Source of the DNA: Dictyostelium discoideum
Lineage: Eukaryota
Length of the DNA: 64,000 bases
Reading direction: 5' to 3'
Assembly: GCA_000004695.1 (NCBI GenBank)
Contig: CM000151.3
Coordinates: 1,344,001-1,408,000 of the forward strand
In this document: positions 47,818-61,962 of the stretch, in pieces
How the letters are laid out: each line of letters starts with the position of its first letter
Numbering within the stretch: position 1 is the first letter of the stretch
Notes under the pieces: model-generated
Told to the model about the DNA's origin: nothing
Database searches by the model: none
What the model saw: the letters and a program-made list of their open reading frames with translations, nothing else
Position numbers and translations under genes: made by a program

Positions 47818-48020
47818 GACATTGTTAATAATAATTATTATTTTTTTCATTTATTTATTTATTTATTTATTTATTTATTTTTTTATTTTTTATTTTTATA
47901 TTTTTAAAAAAAAAACAACAACAATCAAAAAGAATATGTAAAAAAATTATTTTTTTATTTAGATTTTAAATTTTAAAAATAGATTCTAAAAATAGATTTT
48001 GATAAAAAAAAAAAAAAAAA

Positions 48021-50702
48021 ATGAAATTTTTATTATTTTTATTTTTTATATTTTTAAATGTTAATATTATAAAATCAGATTTTATAAAAACCACAAATTT
48101 AAATTTATTAAAAAAAATAAATAATAGTAACGATAATATTATTTATAATTTTTCAAATGATTTATTGTGGAAACCAAATTTAAAACCAAATGTAACAGAT
48201 AATGTAATAATTGATAGTGGTTTTAATATTGTGATGAATCAATCGAGTAAAATAAAAAGTTTAGAAATTAAACCAAATTCATCATTTTTAATAAAGACAC
48301 AATTAAGAATTCAAGAAAAATTTACAAGTGATAATGGATCAATATTAATATTTGATGCAGATTCAATTGGCGATGGTACAATGATAATTGGTGGTGATGT
48401 AAATTTATTTGGTTCAATGTATATTCAAAGTTATTTTAGTATTTATTCAATGAAAACGTTAAATATATATGGTCAATTGAATTTGGGAGGGTTATGTTAT
48501 ATAAATAGTTTTACAAAATTCTCTGGTTTCCAAAATGGGATATATGGATCGATGTTTATTTTTACAAACAATACAGAGTTTAATAAAAATTTTATGTTAC
48601 TTGATACATCATTAATAGATTTCGTTGGTAGTGATTGTAATTATTTAATGACAAATAATTCACTTTCGACGTTAATTCGTTCAATGTTTAGTATATTAGA
48701 AACATCATTACAATTAAAAAAAAGTAAATTAATATTAAATGAATCAATTCAAAATATTAAAGAATCAAATGTAACCATTGAAATGGATAGTGCAATTAAT
48801 GTACATAAGAATTCTACATTAAAAATTTATAATACAGAATTCATAATAGATGGTTCAACATTAGTTTTTGAATATTTTTCAAATGGTACAATTGAAAATT
48901 CAATTTTTAAACTTTATAATAAATCTTCGATTCTCTTTTATAATGGTAGTTTTGTTGAAGTTTTAGGTGGTCAAATGTTATTATTTGATTCTTATTTAGA
49001 TATTTACAATGGTTCAGAATTAATAATTAATGGAACATTTGAAAATTTTAGAGTTTATAATCAAACTGCAGTTGAAATTTCACATTTAGGAAAATGTAGT
49101 ATCATTGGTAGATTAAACCTATTTGATAAATCCTCTTTTAAATGTAAAAGAGGTAGTGAATTATTAATTAATGGAACATTAGTACATTATCATAATTCAT
49201 TTATAAATTCAACATTAGCATCTGTTATTTTAAATGGTGATTTGATTTTAAAGGATGAATCATTTGTTCAATCTGTCGATTCATACTTTAATATTAATGG
49301 TAATTTAATAATGGAATCAAATACAACTTTAAAAATTAAAAATTCAACATTTATTGTACCAGGTTCAATTTATTTAAATTCATCAATCATTCTCAACTCA
49401 TCATTTTTATATTTAAATGGTAGTTTTATAGCCCATACTGATTCACCTTCAAATTTTACAAAATCAGTTTTAAATATTACAGGTGAAATTTATTTAGATG
49501 GTGTTTTATCATTTAATGATACTTTTATTCAAACAAATTCAAATTTTTCAATTGGTGGTGATATCATTGGTAATAAAATGAAAATTTCAACATTTGGTCA
49601 TTTTAAAATTGAAAAGAATGCTTCATTTCTTTGTGATGGTTGTACATTGGATATTGGTAAACGAGGTGAATTTATTTATGATAGATATTCAGTGATAAAA
49701 TTAAATAATACAAAAATCAATATTAATCCACTTGGTGTAGTTAAAAGTTTTGGAATTATTCATGTAATTCATGGTACATCAATTACAAATGTTGGTAATT
49801 TCGAACATTCCTCACATATTTATCATAATCATATTAATGGTGAATTATCATTATTAAATGAATCAATTATAAGGAATAAAGGTAATTGGAAATGTATTGA
49901 TGTTAATGAAACTACATTTACAAATAAAAGTCAAATTGATTTACCATTTTTTAATGATGGTGGAGTTTTACATATTTCAGGTTCACATACATTTTTTAAA
50001 TTATTCTATCAAGATAATAATGGTAAAATTAGTTTATCCAATAATGGCTCAATTAGTTCAATTAGACCTTTAAATTTAAATAATGGTTATTTAGTTGGAA
50101 ATGGTTCAATCATTGGTTCAGTTAATATGAGTGGAGAAATTGGTCAACAATATACACCAAATCAATTAAATATTAATGGTGATTTACATTTTTCATCAGA
50201 AAATTCAAAAATTATCATTACAATTGATAAAGATCAATCATTTACAACCATAAATGTTAATCAAACTATTAATTTAACAAATTGTAATAATTCTTGTGAA
50301 TTGGTTTTTCTAATTCATCAAGATATGATTAGTAATGGTGAATTTGAATTTTTAAAATATAATTCATTGGTTGGTTCAAACTTTAGTTCAATTAAATTTC
50401 AGACATACAATAATCTTGATGCTATTGAAAATAATAAAAAAACAATTTCAAATTCTTCAATTATAAATGGTTGTCAAGTTTCAATAAAAAGTGGTCATAA
50501 ATCAATGGCATTAATGTTTAATAGTTGCATGGAAAGAAAATCAATTCCAGTTTATACTTATATATTTTCTGCTGTTGGTGTAGTTTGTATTGGTTTACTT
50601 GTAAGTTTAGGAATTCAAAATAGGCATAAAATTAAAACAAAATATTTACATTGGAAAGATAGAACTAGAGAATTAAAATATAATAATAATAATAAAAGAT
50701 AA
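48021..50702 (+). CDS. Secreted / type I membrane glycoprotein of 893 aa. It has an N-terminal signal peptide, a long repetitive beta-rich ectodomain with very many N-x-S/T sequons, and a single C-terminal transmembrane segment.
   Basis: It begins MKFLLFLFFIFLNVNIIKSD, a signal-like start. Degenerate repeats recur throughout, of the form G..I.NG.F.....L.L.NGSF, suggestive of a beta-helix. The C-terminus IPVYTYIFSAVGVVCIGLLVSLGIQNRHKIKTKY is a TM segment followed by a basic stop-transfer. A single ORF; the ATG was verified. Confidence 0.7.
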   Translation: MKFLLFLFFIFLNVNIIKSDFIKTTNLNLLKKINNSNDNIIYNFSNDLLWKPNLKPNVTDNVIIDSGFNIVMNQSSKIKSLEIKPNSSFLIKTQLRIQEKFTSDNGSILIFDADSIGDGTMIIGGDVNLFGSMYIQSYFSIYSMKTLNIYGQLNLGGLCYINSFTKFSGFQNGIYGSMFIFTNNTEFNKNFMLLDTSLIDFVGSDCNYLMTNNSLSTLIRSMFSILETSLQLKKSKLILNESIQNIKESNVTIEMDSAINVHKNSTLKIYNTEFIIDGSTLVFEYFSNGTIENSIFKLYNKSSILFYNGSFVEVLGGQMLLFDSYLDIYNGSELIINGTFENFRVYNQTAVEISHLGKCSIIGRLNLFDKSSFKCKRGSELLINGTLVHYHNSFINSTLASVILNGDLILKDESFVQSVDSYFNINGNLIMESNTTLKIKNSTFIVPGSIYLNSSIILNSSFLYLNGSFIAHTDSPSNFTKSVLNITGEIYLDGVLSFNDTFIQTNSNFSIGGDIIGNKMKISTFGHFKIEKNASFLCDGCTLDIGKRGEFIYDRYSVIKLNNTKININPLGVVKSFGIIHVIHGTSITNVGNFEHSSHIYHNHINGELSLLNESIIRNKGNWKCIDVNETTFTNKSQIDLPFFNDGGVLHISGSHTFFKLFYQDNNGKISLSNNGSISSIRPLNLNNGYLVGNGSIIGSVNMSGEIGQQYTPNQLNINGDLHFSSENSKIIITIDKDQSFTTINVNQTINLTNCNNSCELVFLIHQDMISNGEFEFLKYNSLVGSNFSSIKFQTYNNLDAIENNKKTISNSSIINGCQVSIKSGHKSMALMFNSCMERKSIPVYTYIFSAVGVVCIGLLVSLGIQNRHKIKTKYLHWKDRTRELKYNNNNKR

Positions 50703-51087
50703 TAATAATTAATTAAATAAAAAATAAATAAAAATAATAAATTAAAAGTAAATGATTTTATTTGTTTTTATTCATATTGTCAACCAATATAAAGATCTTT
50801 TTTTTTAGATATAAATTAAATCATTGTTTAAAAAAAAAAAAAAAAAAAAAAAATTAAAAAAAGGTGAAAATATTACATACGCGTGTAATTAATTATTTTT
50901 AAAAAAAAAATAAAAAATAAAAAAAAAAATAAAAAAAGTTAAAAAAAAAAAAAAAAAATATCAAGAAAAAATATCCATTTTTTTTTTTAAATTATTAAAA
51001 AAATAAAAAATAAAAAACTTAAAACTATTTTTATACCTACTATAATAGGTTTATAGTATATATAATAGTAAAATAATTTTTAAAAGA

Positions 51088-51259
51088 ATGAATGAATTGA
51101 TTGCCCCGTTTTTAACTCTAAGTATGATATGTTTGATGTGGTTAAATTTTTGTCAATTTTTAAAAAAACATAAAGTTATTTCAAGTGAAATTTCAAGAAA
51201 ATGTGTAACTATTAATAAATTTATAATTATTTTATTTTATTTACTTTATTTTTAACCTT

Positions 51260-51290
<31 letters not shown>

Positions 51291-51892
51291 TGAAAATAAT
51301 TTTTTAGATACATATAGGTACAGGTATAATTTATGTTTTAGTATGGAGAATATTTCCACAATTTAATTGGTATTCAAGAATAGTTGTTGGATTAGTTCCA
51401 TTGATAATTAGTTTTCAATATGCATTGATTGGATTAGGAATTATTAATGATCAAAAGACAGTAGAATCAATGAGTAGATCAGGATCACCAAGAGAACTTT
51501 TATTAGGACCACTTTCATATGGAATTATCATATCATTATTAACAATGATTTTCTGGTTCTCCCCAATTTCAATCATTACAATTGGAGTATTATGTTTAGG
51601 TGATGGATTTGCCGCGATATTCGGTTTAAAATATGGCACTAAAAGAATACCTTACAATAGAGAAAAGACATTAATTGGTTCATTGGCATTCTTTATTTGT
51701 TCATTCATTGGTACTTTTATATTATTAACTTTACTTCAAGATAGATTATTATATCCTTCAATAGTTTTAGCACCATCATTATTTTGGGTTTGTTTAATTT
51801 CAACACTAATCGAATCTTTACCACTTCGTGATTGGGATAATATAACCATTTCAATTTGTTCTGTTTTAACTTTAAATTTAATGGGTTATTAA
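51088..51892 (+). CDS. Polytopic membrane protein of the CTP-dependent polyprenol kinase family (phytol/farnesol/dolichol-kinase-like). Tentative exon 1 is 51088..51174 and exon 2 is 51308..51892, giving about 223 aa.
   Basis: Exon 2 is in frame from the acceptor TTTTTAG at 51307: IHIGTGIIYVLVW...LCLGDGFAAIFGLKYGTKRIPYNREKTLIGSLAFFICSFIGTFILL. The motif GDxxAxxxGxxxG...K(T/S)xEGSxAF is the signature I recall for VTE5/DOLK-type kinases. Exon 1 (MNELIAPFLTLSMICLMWLNFCQFLKKHK, donor GTTATT, phase 0) is the nearest upstream ATG exon with a compatible phase, but it is unconfirmed. Confidence 0.5.
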
Positions 51893-52080
51893 AAAATAAA
51901 TAATTATTAATTGTTTAATCTTAATTTTAAAAACTATTTGGGAAAATTTTATAAATAAATAAATATATATATTTTTTTTTATTGATAAATAAATAAAGAA
52001 TTTTTTTTTTTTTTTTTTTTTGTTATTATTATTAATTATTAATATAATTGATAAATAATTTGGTTTTTTTTTTTTTTTTT

Positions 52081-56337
<4,257 letters not shown>

Positions 56338-56665
56338 CTTATAAATTAATTATTTTATAATAGTGAAAGTGAATTCACTATTTTTTGTTTTTTTTTTTTT
56401 TTTTTTTTGTTTTTTTTATTTTTTTGCTTTTGCTTTTTGTTTTTTAATTTTATTTATTTATTTTTATTTTTATTTTTATTTTTAATATTGCTTTTAAGTA
56501 ATATTACTAACTAAATATTATTACTATTACTATATATTATATATGAATTTGAAAAAAAAAAAAAGTAGAATATATATATATATAAAAATATATAAATATT
56601 ATTTTTAATTGAAAAAAAGTGTAAGAAAAAAAAATTTTAAGAAAAAAAAAAAAAAAAATATACAC

Positions 56666-56701
<36 letters not shown>

Positions 56702-57272
56702 GTTTCCTAAATCGGCACTTTCATACACCAAACAAGTGTTTTTTTATTATTTTGTTATTTATGTTTTTTTTTTTTGTTTTTTTTTTTTTTTCTTAGTTCT
56801 TTTATACCTTTTTATTTTTCTTTTATTTTCTCAAAGATTTTTTGTTTTTTTTTTTTTAAATTAAAAATTTAAAAATAAAAAAATTAAAAAATAAAAAATT
56901 TTAAAAAAAAATGAAATTAAACAATTTTTTGATGAAAAGCCAAATAAATTGGGTTGGGTTCAAATAATTGGAAATTTATTGAAAAACAAATCAAATAATT
57001 CGCAAATTAATAAATAAGTATTGCATTATAATATAAAATATTTTAAAAATAAATTAATTTAAAATAAATATACTCATTTAAAATAAATAATTTTAAATAT
57101 TTTTTTTTAATAATACTATTTTTTTAATAAATTTATTTTTATTGATAATTTGTGTTTTTATTAAATAGTAAAAAAAAAAATAATAATCAAAAAAAAAAAA
57201 ATAAAAAATAAAAAATAAAAAAAAAATTAAAATTTAGTGGAAAAACAAATAAAAAAAAAATCAAAAGGTTTA

Positions 57273-57519
57273 TCACTTTGTTTTATTAATAAAATGTTGG
57301 AAAATAGTACTATTCACTTCAGAGTTTAGAAAAACATTTACAATATTATTATTATAAAAAATACCTTGGTAATTTGATAATAAATGTACAAGATAACTTT
57401 GAAGTGGTAATTGTCTAGCTTTTGCAACTTGGTTGGATGCTACTTTTAATTTCTTTGGTGGTAATGTCAAACCTAAATCTTTTTTATCAATTATTCCGGA
57501 ACTTTTTAACTATTTTAGA

Positions 57520-57557
<38 letters not shown>

Positions 57558-58964
57558 TTGGTTAATACCATTGAATTAATAATAAAATGTATTCGTTATT
57601 ATTATTATTTTTAAAAAAAAAAAAAAACTTACTTTTTTATCCAACATTAAAAAGTTATTATATCTTCTACAAACGAACCATTCATTTGAATTTGAAATTA
57701 CTTGTAATTTATATTCAATATGATCATCAATTTGAAAGAAACCAACAATTCTAATTGAAATATCCCAAGCTGTTCCAGATTTTGAAGATGGTTTCCAACT
57801 ATTTGGAGTAATTGGTCTTTCTTGTGATGATTTGAGTGGAGTTGATGGGGATGATGATTGTTGTTGTTGTTGTTGAAATCTATCTTGTGATGATGATAAA
57901 CCACGATCTTGTGATGATGATAAACTACGATCTTGTGATGTATTCAAAACATTACGATCTTGAGAAGATGATAATGATGATGGAGCAGTTGTTGAATTTG
58001 AAGATGTTGGAGATGATTGAGCAGATGGTTTATAAGACCAATTTGATTTTTTAATTTGTTGTTGTTGTGATGATGATGAATGGGAAGGTAATGATGGTGT
58101 TGATGAATGTAATGATGGTGATGGAACTGTACAATTATTATTATTTTTACTACTTCTTCTACTTCTACCTGAAATATTTAATGAAACAAATGAAGGTGGT
58201 TCAATTGTTACAATCTTTTCATTCTCTTTGGAAATATGATGACTTTCAAATGATACTTCATCCTCTAAAGATCCAGTTGTTGTACCATCATCTGATTGTG
58301 TATCTAATTGAATACACTTATTATTATTATTATTAATTGAATTTATAATATTACTATTATTATTATTATTAATACTTTGTGGTTGCCAAATTAAAGAAGG
58401 TGAAAAAGCAGTTAAAGAAGCAGTTGAGGAATTTGATTCGTATGAATTTGTATTTATACTACTATTATTATTTTTTGTGATTGGTGTTGGTTTTTTAATG
58501 TTTGTTGCTAATGATTGTTTTCTTTTTGGTGATTGAGTTGTTTGTTTATTGGTGGTGGTGGTAGTGATGTTTTTATTATTATTATTATAACAGTCTTTGT
58601 TAGTATTTAAATTATCAAATTGTTTTTCTTCATTTTCTAATTGTTTTAATTCTTTTTTTAATTCTTTCTTTAATTCTTCTTGTTCTTTATTTAATTGTTC
58701 TTGTTTTCTTTCTTTTTCATTTTGTTGTTGTCTAAGATTTTGACCAATACTACTCTTTCTTTTATTATCAAGAGGTGAGAAACCATTTAAATCTTGGAAA
58801 GATAATCTAGTCTGAGAAGCTAATAATGCAATGACTTCATCTCTATCTCCACCACAAAAATCCATAGCATCCAATATTACAGATACTTCAACATTTGGAA
58901 AAAGTTCAATTATAAATGACTCATCCTCGTTTAATTCTCTATTTAAATGTTTTTGTGGTTGTGT

Positions 58965-58998
<34 letters not shown>

Positions 58999-59637
58999 GT
59001 TTGTAATTGTGGTGATTGTGGCGGTTGTTTAATAAAATTATGATCTTGTTCTCTCTCTTCAAAAGACTCTGGTATTTCTTCTTCAGATTCTTCAGATTCT
59101 TCTTGTTCAGATTCTTCATCTTCTTCAGATTCTTCAGATATTGATTGTTGATCAGATTCTTGAGATTCTTCGACTTCAGATTCTTCATTTTCAGTTGATT
59201 CTTGATCAGATGAATCATTACCCTCAAAAGAATTATCAAAGTTATCATCAATATTCTCTTGGAATGAAGCTGATGAGAAATCAATTTGATCATCTTTGGA
59301 ATAATCTTTAACAGAGTTTGTGGCAACAGATATTAATGATGGAGCTGATTGATTAAAATTTCTATGATGAACTTGTGATGGATTATCAACTTTTACATCT
59401 GGTAATGAAATACCTCTTGATTTATTTTGTGTTGTAGTTGAATTGTTATTTTTATTAATTGTATATACAGAAAGTTGTTTTATCCATGATTCTTTATCTT
59501 CATAGCTAAAACATTGGAACTTTAATGAGTGGTTATTTGTTACTAATATTTCAAAATTTAAATTATTTACAACTGGCATTTTATTTAAAATACAACCAGT
59601 AACTGATAAAAAATTTGCTGTTTCCAAGCCTTTATTC

Positions 59638-59680
<43 letters not shown>

Positions 59681-59990
59681 TTTTATTTTGAATAAAAGAA
59701 AAAAAATAAATAAATAAAAAAATAGAAATAAAAATGAAATAAAAAATAAAAGAAATGAAATGAAAATATTTGTTAGAAAAAATAAAAACCCGATAAAAAA
59801 AAAAAAAATTATATTATTCTGGAAATAGATTGAGAAAAAAAAAAAAAAAACTTACTTTTACATGAGAATAATATAAAATAATAATACCGGCCTCTGAAAC
59901 AAGGGAAACTCTTTTTTCTAAATATTGTTGTCTATCATCTTCGAATAGTAAAAGGATTCCTTCTTTTAATGTCATAAATTCATCATCCAT
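57273..59990 (-). CDS. PH-domain / CUE-domain / PX-domain protein. Exon 1 is 59888..59990, exon 2 is 57633..59629, and exon 3 is 57273..57509, giving about 778 aa.
   Basis: Exon 1 reads MDDEFMTLKEGILLLFEEDDRQQYLEKRVSLVSEA. Exon 2 starts G|LETANFLSVTGCILNK...FEILVTNNHSLKFQCFSYEDKESWIKQL, completing a PH fold. The CUE-like block is LFPNVEVSVILDAMDFCGGDRDEVIALL. Exon 2 ends with a PX N-half, ISIRIVGFF...RRYNNFLMLDKK, at a GTAAGT donor. Exon 3 reads LKSSGIIDKKDLGLTLPPKKLKV...LQSYLVHLL...VNVFL*, giving the PX P-x-x-P-x-K and C-terminal helix. The donor for exon 1 (GTATTA after GCC-G, phase 1) was chosen because it is the only GT giving a phase compatible with the acceptor AATAAAG|GC. The tail of ORF 57576..59627 (VSFFFFLKIIII...) is intron read-through. 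Confidence 0.7.
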
Positions 59991-60367
59991 TTTATTATTA
60001 TTTTATTTTTTTTTTTTATATTATTACTATTTTTATTATTATTATTTCTATTTTTATTTCTATTTTTATTTTTATTTTTATTTTTATTTTTATTTTTATT
60101 TTTATTTTTATTTACTCTTTTATTATTTTTTTTTTTTTAATATTTTTTTTTTTGTATTTTTTCTACTTTTTTTTATTTTTATTTTTTTTTTTTTTTTATA
60201 TGTACAAAAAGCTATTTTTCTATTGGATGGGATTTTATTTGCTATATTGGTGCAATGATATTAATATTTGTTTACTGTAAACAAACTAAATCTATTTTTT
60301 TTTTTTAAAAAATTTTTTATTTGCTTTTGGTTGGTTGGTTGGAATTTTTTTTTTTTAATTTTACTAT

Positions 60368-60417
<50 letters not shown>

Positions 60418-60810
60418 TGATGCCACGAACAATCAAATTCTTTGCGGATTTACCTATAATTATTTACTATTGTTAAATTTTTTTTTTTAAAAAAAAAAAA
60501 AAAAATAAAAATAATAATAAAATAAAAATTGGAAAAAATTAAAAAAAAAAAATTTTAAAAAAAATATCTATTTTATTTGCACTTTCCAGTGATCACCCTA
60601 ACCCACAAAAATATAAAAAAAAAAAAAAATAGAAAAATAGAAAAAAAATAAAAATAAAAATTATGAGATGAAAAATTTTTAAAAAATAAATATATATTTA
60701 ATTAATATAAGAAAAAAAAAAAAAAAAAATAATTCCTTTTTTTTTTATAGTTTTAAAAAAAAAAAAAAAAAATAAAAAGTTCCCAAAAACTTTTTTTTGT
60801 TTAAAAAAAC

Positions 60811-60842
<32 letters not shown>

Positions 60843-61098
60843 TAAAAATTAAAAAGAAAAAAAAAAAAAAAAAAAAAAAATAAAATAAAAAAAAAAAATT
60901 AAAAAAAAAAAAAAATATCTTGATTTTTTTTTTTTTTCAAGTGCGAATTAAAAAAGGTTTTTTGTTGTTAATTTTGGTTTTTATTTGAAAAAAAAATCTT
61001 CCTTAAAATACCCCATATTTAGAAATTATTTCTTATTATTATTATTTTTTTTTTTTATTTTAAATTTTTATATTATTTTCTTTGAGTTTTGCTTGTTT

Positions 61099-61135
<37 letters not shown>

Positions 61136-61962
61136 AAAAATATGGATATATTTTTAAAAATTAAAATTAAATAATCAGAAAAAAAAATATAATAATATAA
61201 AAGTAATAAATGTTTAGTTTTAAAAAAAAAAAAAAAAAAAAACGGTTTAATTAGTTTGACAAGTAAATGAAAAACCAATTAATTTTACAATACGGTAATC
61301 AAATTAATTAACCAATCAAAATCAAATTAATTAATCAAAATCAAATTAATTAAACAGCCAAATCATTTTATTATTTTTTTAATCTTAAAATCCAATTGGA
61401 ATTTCACTACCATTTTTTTTTTCATTTTTCCAGTTCAGATATTTGGAAAAAAAACTTTCGTGATCACGTGCCCCCAAAAATAAATATTTTCATTTTTTTT
61501 TTAATTTTTTTTTTCATTTCTAATTTATTATTTTTTTTTTTAATTTTTTTTTAGTAAAATTTGTTTTTAAACAAAAATGTAAATATTTTTTTTAAAATGA
61601 CAAATTAAATTTTTTTTTTTTTTTCACCATTGGAGGGTGTTTTCTTTTTTATTTTTTTATTTTTTTTTTTTGAACTAGTTCAAAAAAATAAAAAAAAAAA
61701 AAAAAAAAAGTATAAATTAATCTATTGACAATCTAATTTAAAATTAAAAGAAGATTGTGCGGTCCCTTTAATTTAATATGGTTTTTTTTTTGAGTCAATA
61801 AAAAAACCATTTCCCAAATCTTATTTTAATTTTGAGATTAAATGGTTTTTACTTTTTTTTAATTTTTTTTTTTAATTTTTTGGTTTTTATTTTTCGTTTC
61901 ATTTTTTTTTTTTTTTTTTTTACAAAAACTCACCCAATTAATTATTAAGGGATAATCGACCT

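Noticed and set aside
57576-57632. The C-terminal tail (VSFFFFLKIIIITNTFYY) of ORF 57576..59627.
   Set aside because: It follows a consensus GTAAGT donor at 57632 and is A/T-homopolymer translation. The real continuation is the PX second half after the acceptor at 57509.
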